From: a virus
Length of the DNA: 64,000 nucleotides
Direction: 5' to 3' (one strand)
Virus record (IMG/VR): IMGVR_UViG_3300035698_028218
Location: 7,745 to 71,744 of that record
The first letter of the stretch is position 1, and each line of letters opens with the position of its first letter. The translations under genes were made by a program, and so were the position numbers. This document shows positions 20,932 to 31,059 of the stretch, piece after piece. Below the pieces are notes generated by a model. It was not told the DNA's origin. It did no database searches and was given only the letters and a program-made list of their open reading frames with translations.

Positions 20932-22037
20932 TGGATTTAAATATAAAAACAGTACTCGGTAGTAGTTTATCAGTAACATCTCAAATTAAGGATATTAATA
21001 TTCCCTTAAATTTAAGTGGGTTTGAGGTGACAAAGGAAGGAGATAACGAACAAAATCAAATATCCGCAACAGAGCTGGCAAACATAGAAAGACAATCGAT
21101 TAGAAAACATAAAATATATGGAACAATAGACTATCTTTCACAATTAGATGGTATTACTAAAGATTATACTTCATTGAGTGACTTCTTCAACACAAACGTA
21201 AGTAATACTAAAAAATTTATTGATGATTTTAATGTCTTACTATTAAAACCACATAATGAATTCATTGAAATTAGTGGTAATACTTATATTAGACAATATG
21301 AAGTGTTAACCTCAATAGATACTATTGATATATTACGGTCTGGGTTTTCCAAAAACTTATTTAACACACAAAACCTAAATTTCTTATTCAATGATACGTT
21401 TGATTTACTTGATAAATATGATGGATTAGAATATCCAATCACTGACTTGGTTTTGTATTTCCATTATAGAAAAAATGGCTCGGAAACTCTTTCTGGAAAA
21501 ACATATAACAATCTGAATGAGGAAATATTTATTGAATTAACTGATGTCCCAGAAAAGGGTGATATTATAAAGGGAGAAATTTTTACTCACAGTCCATCAC
21601 AATATCTACAAACCAATAACAATAAGTTAGAACATATTATTGAGACACCATATGATAGTGGCTCACTCAAGTGGACATACAACCCGTTTGTAAATATTAA
21701 ACTTCTAGAATATTCAAACACATTAAATATTGTTAATATTAAAACAACAAATGTTGATAAGGAACAATCAATTCCATTTAATGCAAATAGAATTGATGAT
21801 ACTTTTTACTGGAGAGATGTGTTGGATGTTGGGTACATTGACCCAATAACTAACTCAGGCGTTAACTACCCATTTACTAATGGTATTCATTATGTATTTA
21901 TTAATATAGTGTTTAGTGTAAGACCATATTTTCAGGATGATAATACTTTTAATGTATTTGAAAACGTTATATTAGAAACAAACACAATAAAAAGGTATCA
22001 ACCAGATACACTAAACGGAATTGGTGGATTATGTTAA
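20931..22037 (+). CDS. Hypothetical structural protein
   Basis: 368 aa, coupled; WRDVLDVGYID..GVNYPFTNGIHYV. Confidence 0.65.
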   Translation: MDLNIKTVLGSSLSVTSQIKDINIPLNLSGFEVTKEGDNEQNQISATELANIERQSIRKHKIYGTIDYLSQLDGITKDYTSLSDFFNTNVSNTKKFIDDFNVLLLKPHNEFIEISGNTYIRQYEVLTSIDTIDILRSGFSKNLFNTQNLNFLFNDTFDLLDKYDGLEYPITDLVLYFHYRKNGSETLSGKTYNNLNEEIFIELTDVPEKGDIIKGEIFTHSPSQYLQTNNNKLEHIIETPYDSGSLKWTYNPFVNIKLLEYSNTLNIVNIKTTNVDKEQSIPFNANRIDDTFYWRDVLDVGYIDPITNSGVNYPFTNGIHYVFINIVFSVRPYFQDDNTFNVFENVILETNTIKRYQPDTLNGIGGLC

Positions 22038-22756
22038 ATAAATATAAATTTGGGGTCAATAAAGATTTAAATATTACACTTAATCTTTCAACTAATGTTA
22101 ATTTAGAGGGTGATAATGGTAGATCATTATTGGAAAATGAAACTAATTCGTCAATTAATGAAGCTAGAAGTGGTGATAAAATTAGAATAAAGAAATTAAA
22201 TAATACAACAGTAAGATTTAATTTTTATGATGGTGATGGTTTTATCCCCAACCTAAGTGGTGCTGGCTTCACTGATAGTGACCTAACTACTATTGGTGAA
22301 AATGTATTTAGTAGTTTTTTCTTTTTTAGGGTTTATGATACCCCTAATCTATCACAAGGTAATTTACTTCATACATCATATTTGAATGGTTATCAAATCT
22401 ACACTCAATATAGAAGCTCGACTGTGATAAGTTTAAGTGGTGTCCAAGAATATAATAATATCTACCTTCAAGAAAGATTAGTTGATACTAATATTGCGTA
22501 TGTGAAATTTAATTATTATAACGCTAAAACAGGTATTATTCATAATTTTATTTCAGATGAGACTAATGGTGAATTAGTTGAAATAAATATCATAAATAAT
22601 GAGTATAATTTTGTTGATACAGTAGTAAATCTTACTGAAAATACTAATATATCATATAATACTAATATTAATGATAATAATAAATCAAACACAATAGAAA
22701 CACCTAACTACCCACCACAGAAAGGCTTCGATAATGGTGATTATGTATTAATTTAA
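22031..22756 (+). CDS. Hypothetical structural protein
   Basis: 241 aa ORF at end of late operon. Confidence 0.65.
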   Translation: MLNKYKFGVNKDLNITLNLSTNVNLEGDNGRSLLENETNSSINEARSGDKIRIKKLNNTTVRFNFYDGDGFIPNLSGAGFTDSDLTTIGENVFSSFFFFRVYDTPNLSQGNLLHTSYLNGYQIYTQYRSSTVISLSGVQEYNNIYLQERLVDTNIAYVKFNYYNAKTGIIHNFISDETNGELVEINIINNEYNFVDTVVNLTENTNISYNTNINDNNKSNTIETPNYPPQKGFDNGDYVLI

Positions 22757-23517
22757 ATGCCCGTACCTAATTTTGGTCTTCTTGTTGTTTTGGTTAATTC
22801 ATAGTCTTCTTCATTAATAATAAAACCATGAATTGTAATATTAAATGAGGAGACAAACATTTTATCTGCCTCACCTACTTCTTGTACAGTATCCTTTTCT
22901 TCGACAGACTCCATTGTTAATCTAACTGGATATTTTTGAATTTCTACATATTTTTGTTCCTCAGAAAACAATGTAAACATATTTTCATCATAAAAATTAA
23001 CCATCTCCCTGTCTTTTGAGAATAGACTAATTTCATACGTTAAATCGACATTTACTGGTTGTGGGACTTTATATCTAAGGTTTATCCTTTCACCATCTTC
23101 TATAATTGGAACATCCATATATTTTCCCTTAAAAAAGGGTATTCTCGCCCTCTCTTCTCCCATTCTTGTACCCTTTTTCTTATCTATTCTTTTCACTGTA
23201 ATAAACGGAGTTAGAATATTCTTGTCACCATCACTTATTTTCCATGTTTTTTCGAATTCACCCCATCTTTCATTATCCATATAAATTGTTGGGATATCCT
23301 TACCATCCCAAGCAATCTTACCATCGCCACCGTTAACAAACTCAAAAACAGCATCATCAAGCTCAAAAAACCCAACTGTTTTAGGTAGGTATTTTGTATT
23401 ATCATTAGTCTGTTCCATTAGATCAGCAACTCTATCAAAGTCATAATCCCTGAATTTACCCGAATCAAGTATTTCTACTCTAGGTTGTAAATTTTTTTTT
23501 CTCTTAGGTAATGCCAT
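22753..23517 (-). CDS. Tail completion/terminator protein (gp15-like)
   Basis: LDDAVFEF..IPTI..ERW..PFITVKR..PQPVNVDLTYEISLFS pattern; late motif. Confidence 0.6.
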   Translation of the reverse strand: MALPKRKKNLQPRVEILDSGKFRDYDFDRVADLMEQTNDNTKYLPKTVGFFELDDAVFEFVNGGDGKIAWDGKDIPTIYMDNERWGEFEKTWKISDGDKNILTPFITVKRIDKKKGTRMGEERARIPFFKGKYMDVPIIEDGERINLRYKVPQPVNVDLTYEISLFSKDREMVNFYDENMFTLFSEEQKYVEIQKYPVRLTMESVEEKDTVQEVGEADKMFVSSFNITIHGFIINEEDYELTKTTRRPKLGTGI

Positions 23518-23545
23518 GTTATTTTTTTATAAATACTTATTTTAG

Positions 23546-23553
23546 TATATTTG
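23546..23553 (+). promoter_or_regulatory. Bacteroidetes -7 element TATATTTG just upstream of ATG
   Basis: TAnnTTTG 5 nt before ATG 23559. Confidence 0.55.
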
Positions 23554-23558
23554 TAATT

Positions 23559-24263
23559 ATGATAAAAGCAAATGAGTCTAAGGACGAAAATAGTAGGTGG
23601 TATGTCGAGTCTTCGAATATACTTATGATAGAGTATAATAAGATAACCTTAATTATGGAAGTCTACTTTAAAAATGGTGGTGTATATGAGTATCAGAATG
23701 TTGATATGGATACTGTTTTGAGTTTTGTTAACTCCGATAGTCAAGGTAGATACCTGAATACGGTAATTAAAAAGGGTGATTTCCCATCAAAAAAACTATA
23801 TACACTTAAAGATTTCGAAATTGAACAAATAATTGAGGATGGTAATAAGGATGGTGATGATGAAGAAATAAGTGAAAATTCGTGGGGTAAAGAGTTGGAA
23901 TTAACGGAATACCAGACCAAAGCAATTAGAACTAGAGCACCATTAGTTGATCAATATAAATATATGGATACCCTTCATATGTTACTTGGATTAACAACTG
24001 AGATTGGTGAACTATCCGACCCATTTAAAAAACACTTAGCCTATGGAAAAGAGATTGATTGGGTTAATGTAAAGGAAGAATTAGCAGATATTATGTGGTA
24101 TGTTGTTAATTTTTGTGATCTACATAATATTAATCTAAAAGAAGAAATGGGTATTAATATTAAAAAACTAGAAGCTAGATTTCCAGAAAAGTTTTATACA
24201 TCTAACGGTGCAATAAATCGTGATTTGGATACAGAAAGAAAGATTTTAGAAGGGGGAAAGTGA
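23559..24263 (+). CDS. KTSC domain - MazG-like nucleotide pyrophosphohydrolase fusion
   Basis: N: VESSNILMIEYN..EVYFKNGGVYEYQNV..SDSQGRYLN (KTSC). C: LLGLTTEIGELSDPFKKHLAYG..KEELADIMWY..NIKKLEARFP (MazG-like). Confidence 0.85.
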   Translation: MIKANESKDENSRWYVESSNILMIEYNKITLIMEVYFKNGGVYEYQNVDMDTVLSFVNSDSQGRYLNTVIKKGDFPSKKLYTLKDFEIEQIIEDGNKDGDDEEISENSWGKELELTEYQTKAIRTRAPLVDQYKYMDTLHMLLGLTTEIGELSDPFKKHLAYGKEIDWVNVKEELADIMWYVVNFCDLHNINLKEEMGINIKKLEARFPEKFYTSNGAINRDLDTERKILEGGK

Positions 24264-24286
24264 ATTTATTCAAAATAAATAAATGA

Positions 24287-24532
24287 ATGACGATACTTTG
24301 GGTTCTTATTATAGTATTATTGGTTGTGATTATTGCTTTAGTTGTTGCTCTACTTCGAGTAATATCTAAAGCAACATATCTCTCAAAAAAAGATATTGAT
24401 TTTGTGAGTTTTGCAATAAAGATGTATATTGCATATGCCGAAGAATTTAATATTGGTGCTGGTGATAAGCATGAATATTTAGTTGAGCAACTAGAAAGAA
24501 TTAAGAAAGATAGTTTAGGAAAAGAAAAATAA
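24287..24532 (+). CDS. Small membrane protein
   Basis: N-terminal hydrophobic helix. Confidence 0.7.
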   Translation: MTILWVLIIVLLVVIIALVVALLRVISKATYLSKKDIDFVSFAIKMYIAYAEEFNIGAGDKHEYLVEQLERIKKDSLGKEK

Positions 24533-25053
24533 TGAAAAAAGAATTAGAATTAAGAATGTATTTCTTAGTGCCATATAATATTAGTGAAATACAAAAAGGT
24601 ATCCAATCAGGACATGCTGCGTTAGAATATGCTAGAAAATATGGTGGTGATGAAGAATTTAAGAATTTTGTTGATGACTATAAAACATGGATAATACTTA
24701 ATGGTGGGACAACTGGTTCTGCTAGGGATAGTAATAATGTGTGTCATGGTACATTAGATCAGTTTGGTGATTTCTTAAGTGATATTGATTATAAATTTGC
24801 TTCATTTAATGAACCAGACTTAAATGGAGCACTAAGTGCACTTAGTTTTATTTGTGACGAAAGGGTTTTTAATAATGAAGACTATCCAGATTTTGAAACT
24901 TGGGTTAGAAATAATAATGGTCAATGGAATGGTATTGGTGCTGAATTAGTTTTAGTTGACCATAATAAATGGCTTAATGATTATATTGATTTTATTGGTG
25001 GTGCTAAAATTTATTCATTGAAATCCAGATTACGAAACTATAAACTTGCATAG
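24532..25053 (+). CDS. Peptidyl-tRNA hydrolase 2-like protein
   Basis: RMYFLV..QKGIQSGHAALEY..KTWIILNGG..FNEPDLNGALSAL..LKLA-like end. Confidence 0.6.
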   Translation: MKKELELRMYFLVPYNISEIQKGIQSGHAALEYARKYGGDEEFKNFVDDYKTWIILNGGTTGSARDSNNVCHGTLDQFGDFLSDIDYKFASFNEPDLNGALSALSFICDERVFNNEDYPDFETWVRNNNGQWNGIGAELVLVDHNKWLNDYIDFIGGAKIYSLKSRLRNYKLA

Positions 25054-25054
25054 T

Positions 25055-25750
25055 ATGTTTATTGAGCAAGACTATGAATCCTATACTGAGGAAGATCACT
25101 ACGTATGGAATAAACTCTATACTAGACAAACAGAAAACTTAGTATACAAAACAGTACCAGAATTTTGGTCTGGTATTTCATTACTTGAAATTGATGAGAA
25201 AATACCGAATATTATAAATATTAATGAAAAGCTAAAAATTTTAAATGGTTGGGAAGTTATTGGGGTTAATGGTCTTATTGATGATGATGTTTTTTTTAAA
25301 TTACTTGGTGAAAGGAAGTTCCCGATTACCACTTGGATTAGGAAAAAAAATCAGATCGATTATATTGAAGAGCCTGATATGTTTCATGATCTTTTTGGTC
25401 ATGTACCATTTCTTGCAAACTCAAAATATACTAGCTTTTTAATTGATCTTTCTAAGAAGGCAAAGCCAATTTTTGAGTCAAATGATAAAGAAGCACAATA
25501 CAAAATGTCTAGATTGTATTGGTATACAATAGAATTTGGTTTATTGAAAGAATCGGATGGTAATTTTAAGATTTATGGTTCTGGTATTATTTCATCATAC
25601 AACGAAACAAACAGATCACTATCCAATGTATCAAAAAAAGTGAAGTACAATACAAAAAAATTATCTCTTCGTTTTGAAAAAGATAGTTTACAAGATTTTT
25701 ATGTATATATTGAAGATAATTTACAAAAGTTAAATACAATAAAATATTAA
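25055..25750 (+). CDS. phhA: Phenylalanine 4-hydroxylase
   Basis: QDYESYTEEDH.VW, DYIEEPDMFHDLFGHVP, RLYWYTIEFGL, IYGSGIISS; 2-His-1-Glu iron triad intact. Confidence 0.92.
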   Translation: MFIEQDYESYTEEDHYVWNKLYTRQTENLVYKTVPEFWSGISLLEIDEKIPNIININEKLKILNGWEVIGVNGLIDDDVFFKLLGERKFPITTWIRKKNQIDYIEEPDMFHDLFGHVPFLANSKYTSFLIDLSKKAKPIFESNDKEAQYKMSRLYWYTIEFGLLKESDGNFKIYGSGIISSYNETNRSLSNVSKKVKYNTKKLSLRFEKDSLQDFYVYIEDNLQKLNTIKY

Positions 25751-25752
25751 TT

Positions 25753-25984
25753 ATGTTAGAAGAAATAGAAGAAAGTAACCCAGAAGAAAATTGGTTTTGA
25801 TAATGCAATAATTGGTACATACGGTACTAAACTGGTATACTCTACTCAAAAGTGTATTAATATCTTAATCGAAGTCGAAGGCATGGAATATACTGATGCC
25901 ACTGAATATTTTTCATTCAATGTATCTGGAGCATATGTAGGTGAACAAACACCTATTTTTGTGGAGGATAGATATTCCTACTAA
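25753..25984 (+). pseudogene. Frameshifted small phage protein (GFDNAIIG..FNVSGAYVGEQTPIF)
   Basis: ATG 25753 frame stops at TGA 25798; protein-like sequence continues in the +1 frame to TAA 25984 without its own start. Confidence 0.6.
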
Positions 25985-25992
25985 AAAAATAA

Positions 25993-26538
25993 TTAAATAT
26001 CCAGTTCATCAAGGAAGGGTATAATATCCTCCTTGACTGGTCTTGCTTTAATTATTCTAAAGAATGGTCTCATTGATGCAATTGTTTGTGAAGTAACATC
26101 GGTCACATTTTGTGGATCGAACACCTCATAGTATCTATCTTTCTGTCCAGACATATTATATTTAACAATATCACCTTGATTAATATCAATATCCCTTTCT
26201 TCTAATTCTTTGAGGAAGAGCTTAACCGTTATATTGCCCGTATCGCTTCTCATAAGACCGCTATCGCCATAACTTTCCGATACTGATGGTTCTACCTCAA
26301 CCATAGCATTTAATGCAACAGGAGTCAAGAATTTGCGTTTACTTGAGGTCGTACCATATAGTTTGTTTGACTTGGTATTGATTATGTCAATTCTATATAA
26401 ATCAACGATTTGTTTAATATCATTTTCAATATAGTTTCTAGCAAATAGTATATCAGTTTCAAAACTTTTTTCAGTCATGAATAAACCAAATCTATCATCT
26501 TCCAGATCGTTGTGATTTTTTTGTTTTCTCTTTGCCAT
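25993..26538 (-). CDS. Head closure/neck protein (gp14-like)
   Basis: VDLYRID..KLYG..KFLTPV..GDIV..YYEV; adjacent to gp13-like gene. Confidence 0.6.
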   Translation of the reverse strand: MAKRKQKNHNDLEDDRFGLFMTEKSFETDILFARNYIENDIKQIVDLYRIDIINTKSNKLYGTTSSKRKFLTPVALNAMVEVEPSVSESYGDSGLMRSDTGNITVKLFLKELEERDIDINQGDIVKYNMSGQKDRYYEVFDPQNVTDVTSQTIASMRPFFRIIKARPVKEDIIPFLDELDI

Positions 26539-26539
26539 A

Positions 26540-27664
26540 TTACTTTAAGTGAATTGGTATTCTTGGTGGTTGAAAACTTCTTTCTGTATTAACATTTTGA
26601 GCAATTCTAGCCCTCTCGTCAGTTAAATTAACTAATGATAGTTTGTCTAGTGCCTCCTTAATATTATTTTCGGTAGTTTCTTTTAATTTTTCACCCTCAT
26701 CTAATAGATGTCTATAATCCATTTGAAGTGCCTTGTCAGTCGAACCAAGTTCCCCACTATAGAAACCTCTTATCCCGCCAATTGTAATTTTCATTCTAGA
26801 TATTAGTAAATCCCTAATATGAACTCTAGCTACTGTATTTACATCCTCCCAATCTAAAATATCAACTGGAACATCTGAAGGTAGTTTAACAATATCCTTA
26901 TTTTGACTTAAACAGTCATCTCTATTATCTTGGGTTTCATAATAAAAGTACCAAACCTTAGTACCTGCGTATCTTTTACCCCACTGAGAAGATATTTCCT
27001 CTCTAGTACCCGGTATTGGATAAAGATAAAGTAATTTTGTGCCATTAGCACCCCCAGTAATTCTATATGAAAGAGTTGATTGAAGAATTTTTTCTTTCAT
27101 TCTCCTATCTTGTGCACCCATTAATAGTGAATATGTTGGTTGTACGTACTGTGCTGGTCTACCTTGATATCCCCATCCCATTTGTCCTGCACTCCAATTA
27201 CCTAATGCAAAGGGATCACCCATACCCTGATCAATTGAAGGTGGTGTAACCCAAAGAACTTCATTAACCTCTCTACCTGCTGGTATCTCGTAAACCTGTG
27301 TGGTTGGTTCTATTGTAACAAAGTCTCTTTGTAGTTGCCACTTAGTACCCTCTGGGGCATTAGCACCTAAGCCAACCTGTTTTGAATATGCAAACGTAAA
27401 TGACCTCATAAAATCATTTGATTTTGTGGTAAAGGCATCAAATAAGTTTGTTGTATCGAGGTCAACACCCTGAAGTCCAACCCATTGTTGTGATATTAAC
27501 CAACTATTCATTATACTTGAATAATCTTCAATTGACATTTCAAAAAACGTATCCATCATATCATTTATTTCACTCTCAATTCCAAGTGGTCTTATTGGAT
27601 ATCCTAAGTCGTGTTTTACATGTCTATATAATCTTTCTTTATCTTTTTTTGAAATTACCGCCAT
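26540..27664 (-). CDS. Neck/head-tail adaptor (gp13-like)
   Basis: VKHDLGYP near N-terminus, IGGIRGFYSG..LQMDYRHLLDEG near C-terminus; late motif. Confidence 0.65.
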   Translation of the reverse strand: MAVISKKDKERLYRHVKHDLGYPIRPLGIESEINDMMDTFFEMSIEDYSSIMNSWLISQQWVGLQGVDLDTTNLFDAFTTKSNDFMRSFTFAYSKQVGLGANAPEGTKWQLQRDFVTIEPTTQVYEIPAGREVNEVLWVTPPSIDQGMGDPFALGNWSAGQMGWGYQGRPAQYVQPTYSLLMGAQDRRMKEKILQSTLSYRITGGANGTKLLYLYPIPGTREEISSQWGKRYAGTKVWYFYYETQDNRDDCLSQNKDIVKLPSDVPVDILDWEDVNTVARVHIRDLLISRMKITIGGIRGFYSGELGSTDKALQMDYRHLLDEGEKLKETTENNIKEALDKLSLVNLTDERARIAQNVNTERSFQPPRIPIHLK

Positions 27665-27709
27665 TTTACTTACATTTGAATTCAATTATAAATACTTAAA
27701 ATATATTAT

Positions 27710-28207
27710 ATGATACATAAGGGGAATCTTGGGTATGAAATATCCTTTACTGAAGACAAACAAGCAAAACTTAAAATAGATAATGAGTTAAGTAGTGAGG
27801 ATAGATATTTTATATTTGAAATTACTCGATACTTCATGAGTGACTTCTTAGAAAGGGAAGGTGAAAGAATAAAGAATGGTACCACTAGTATGAATGAAGA
27901 TGACATTAATAAAATGGCGATCTGTGAATCAGTATTAAATGGTATTGCACAGCAAATTGGATCGTTGATTTATGATACTAGAAATATGGGTAATGAGCTT
28001 AGTGATTTACTAAATAATGAACCATTACCTGATTATGATTTTAGTGTAAATAGTATTGATGACCTTAATAAGGTAAAATTCACTAGATTTCTAGTTAGTG
28101 ATAGATGGTTCCTTAGAGAAGAAGGGCTTAAGGTATTAGTAAAGGAAAACAACACTGTATTTGAATTACAAGGTGGTGTTAGTAACGAAAATTGGACAGA
28201 AATATGA
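27710..28207 (+). CDS. Hypothetical protein
   Basis: 165 aa ORF. Confidence 0.7.
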   Translation: MIHKGNLGYEISFTEDKQAKLKIDNELSSEDRYFIFEITRYFMSDFLEREGERIKNGTTSMNEDDINKMAICESVLNGIAQQIGSLIYDTRNMGNELSDLLNNEPLPDYDFSVNSIDDLNKVKFTRFLVSDRWFLREEGLKVLVKENNTVFELQGGVSNENWTEI

Positions 28208-28788
28208 TTTACTTATCAATAAATATTGAAACTACGGGTTTAAATGAGAGGAATAATCAAATGTTGGAGTTTGGGGCTATAATTGAGGATAGTAATAAAC
28301 TATTATCATTTGAAGATGCACCAAAATTTAGAGCAATATTACCTTACCAAGAATTGACTGGTTCTCCATTTGCACTTAATATGAATAAAGAACTTATTGA
28401 AATTATTAGTAAGTATTATTCATTTGTGGATAAAACAAAACAATCTGAGTTCGCTAGAGAAAACAATATTATTCACCCAGAGAACCTACCTCTCGCATTT
28501 TTTAATTTCTTAGACGATAATGGTCTTTCTGATTTACAAATACCAGTAGCAGGTAAAAATTTTGAAGATTTTGATAAGAAATTTATTGACAAGATTTTTG
28601 TTGTGTATGAGACTTTTTATCATAGGAGATTTATTGATCCAACCACATCGTTTATTGATTTTAATAAAGATAAACATAGCCCATCTCTGTTAGAATGTAA
28701 AAAAAGAGCAGGATTAAGCTCAGTGGTATCACATACTGCCCTTGGAGATGCATGGGATATGATTGAACTTTTAAGAAAAAAATACTAA
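28204..28788 (+). CDS. DEDDh-family 3'-5' exonuclease (first Asp replaced by Asn)
   Basis: SINIETTGL (ExoI), AGKNFEDFD (ExoII), HTALGDA (ExoIII). Confidence 0.8.
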   Translation: MIYLSINIETTGLNERNNQMLEFGAIIEDSNKLLSFEDAPKFRAILPYQELTGSPFALNMNKELIEIISKYYSFVDKTKQSEFARENNIIHPENLPLAFFNFLDDNGLSDLQIPVAGKNFEDFDKKFIDKIFVVYETFYHRRFIDPTTSFIDFNKDKHSPSLLECKKRAGLSSVVSHTALGDAWDMIELLRKKY

Positions 28789-28790
28789 TT

Positions 28791-30329
28791 ATGGTACATA
28801 AACCAACAGTAGAGCAACAAGATGTTTACGATGCAATACAATATACTGATGATAATCTACTCATAAATGCGTTGGCGGGTAGTGGAAAAACGACCACAAT
28901 AGTTAATGCATGTAAGTATATACCTGAAGATAAAAAAACAACATTTTTAGCTTTTAATAAGCATATAAAAAATGAGCTTTCAGAAAAACTACCCGCCCAC
29001 ATTAGGAGTAGTACTACACATGGTGTGGGTCTTTCTGCAATTAAAAGAAAGTATGGAGATACAATTAAACTTGATGAATTTAAAGTACAGAATGCACTAA
29101 AAAAACTACTAAAATCAAGATCAGAAATCTGGAGACTTGAAGATGTTTATGAACTTGAAATAGACTTAACTGTATATAAGAGAGACCTAAAGAAAATGGT
29201 TGATCTGTGTAGATCAACGTTAACATTTAAAGATAAATATATTGGCTTTTTATATGAGAAGTATAATTTTAATAATAGATACAATCAAGAACTTTTTATA
29301 AAAAGAACAAAAAAAATACTGGAGATTGTAAGTGAAGACACAAAAACATTTGATTTCACTGACATGATTTATATACCAGCAACAAATAATAAGATTTTCT
29401 TATTTCCACAGGATTATGTTATTGTTGATGAGGTTCAAGACATCAATAGAGCACAACAAGAAATGATAAGAAAAATGCTAAAAAAGGATAAGGCAGGCGA
29501 AATTATCGGCAGATTAATATCCGTAGGTGACCAACATCAAAATATTTATGGTTTTACAGGTACTGGTGATCGATCATTCGATTGGTTTGTAAACTTTCCA
29601 AATACAAAGGTGTTCCCACTAACAACAACATTTAGGTGTTCGAAAAGTGTGGTTGCTCATGCAAATAAACTTGTACCAAATTTAAAGCCATTAGATAATG
29701 CACCAGAAGGTCAAGTAAGATTAGATGGTGATGTTTTTTCCGAGCCAGTTGATGGTGATTTTATTCTATGTAGGAAAACAGCACCTCTGATGAAGATATT
29801 CCTACACTTAATAATAAACGGCAAGAGAGCGACAATAAAGGGAAGTGATATTGGTAGAAATCTTATTGAAATGGTAGGTAATAAGGCAACGATTAGTGAC
29901 GTTATTAGGGATACTCAAAACAAAATTAATGATGCACAGTTTTTATTACTACAAAGAGGAATATTAAATCCTGAAGATGATATGGGGTTTGTTACACTTT
30001 CTGATCAAGCATCTACTTTGATTTTCTTATCTAAAATTTGTAAAACCGTTGATCAACTTAAAAATAGAATAGGTAAGATATTTAAAGACGATGTGGAAGG
30101 AATTGTATTAAGTACAATACATAAATCAAAGGGATTAGAAGCTGATAGGGTTTTTATAATAAGACCAGATTTAATACCATTAAAGACACCAAAAGCATGG
30201 GAGGCACAACAAGAAAAAAATCTTGAGTATGTTGCAATAACTAGAGCTAAAAAAGAATTAATTTATGATTATGAGTATAACGATGAGGAAATATCATTGG
30301 AAGATATTCAAAAACAAACATATATGTAA
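28791..30329 (+). CDS. UvrD/Rep SF1A helicase
   Basis: ALAGSGKTT, IVDEVQD, VGDQHQNIYGF, TFRC, STIHKSKGLE, YVAITRAK. Confidence 0.95.
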   Translation: MVHKPTVEQQDVYDAIQYTDDNLLINALAGSGKTTTIVNACKYIPEDKKTTFLAFNKHIKNELSEKLPAHIRSSTTHGVGLSAIKRKYGDTIKLDEFKVQNALKKLLKSRSEIWRLEDVYELEIDLTVYKRDLKKMVDLCRSTLTFKDKYIGFLYEKYNFNNRYNQELFIKRTKKILEIVSEDTKTFDFTDMIYIPATNNKIFLFPQDYVIVDEVQDINRAQQEMIRKMLKKDKAGEIIGRLISVGDQHQNIYGFTGTGDRSFDWFVNFPNTKVFPLTTTFRCSKSVVAHANKLVPNLKPLDNAPEGQVRLDGDVFSEPVDGDFILCRKTAPLMKIFLHLIINGKRATIKGSDIGRNLIEMVGNKATISDVIRDTQNKINDAQFLLLQRGILNPEDDMGFVTLSDQASTLIFLSKICKTVDQLKNRIGKIFKDDVEGIVLSTIHKSKGLEADRVFIIRPDLIPLKTPKAWEAQQEKNLEYVAITRAKKELIYDYEYNDEEISLEDIQKQTYM

Positions 30330-30769
30330 TGGATAATAAAACAAGACAAAACATAGTACTATATCTCGACCCTGTGGATGGTGTTGAGCGTAGAATTAGA
30401 ATTTTAAAGAATTATAGAAAACTTTTTATCGATATAGCCTTATTCATTGAGGAAAGAATGGTTGAACATAAAAGACCTGACTGGACTTATTCCTATTGTG
30501 AATCAAATATTGTTCTCAAGAATATAAATCCTGATATTAATAAGAGTGACTTCGTTGTTGATTATGAAGGAATCACACCTAATAAAATTAATATTGTGAA
30601 GGTAGATGAATTCTCACTTATTGATATAGTGAGGGAATTTTATAAATCGTATGAGAAAGCTGTTGATATGGCTCGTGAGATGAATAAAGACGCTAAATTT
30701 ATTGAAGAATTTAACGAAGAAATAACAGAAGAAATTGAGGAGTTATCTCAATCTGAACTTGAACTTTAA
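30329..30769 (+). CDS. Hypothetical protein
   Basis: 146 aa ORF coupled to helicase. Confidence 0.7.
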   Translation: MDNKTRQNIVLYLDPVDGVERRIRILKNYRKLFIDIALFIEERMVEHKRPDWTYSYCESNIVLKNINPDINKSDFVVDYEGITPNKINIVKVDEFSLIDIVREFYKSYEKAVDMAREMNKDAKFIEEFNEEITEEIEELSQSELEL

Positions 30770-31059
30770 TCATTACCAAAACCCCCTGCACTAGGTATAG
30801 AGTTTAAATTATTTAAATCACTAAATCTAGTTGATAGTACGGTTACCGTTGTATTTACTGATGAAAGGTTAGAATTAAGATTATCAACATCTTCTTTAAC
30901 TTCTACTACCTTTTCAATAATATTTTTTTCTGTATTTTCCATCTTAGGGACAATAACAAGCTGATAAAATCCAATAAAAATACCTAGTATTGTTACTATT
31001 AAACTAAGAAACGATTTAATAGTAAATTCTATTTTTGTTTCTGGCGTTATTCTATTCAT
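30766..31059 (-). CDS. Membrane-anchored coiled-coil protein
   Basis: One TM helix (FLSLIVTILGIFIGFYQLVIV) then coiled coil; late operon. Confidence 0.65.
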   Translation of the reverse strand: MNRITPETKIEFTIKSFLSLIVTILGIFIGFYQLVIVPKMENTEKNIIEKVVEVKEDVDNLNSNLSSVNTTVTVLSTRFSDLNNLNSIPSAGGFGND

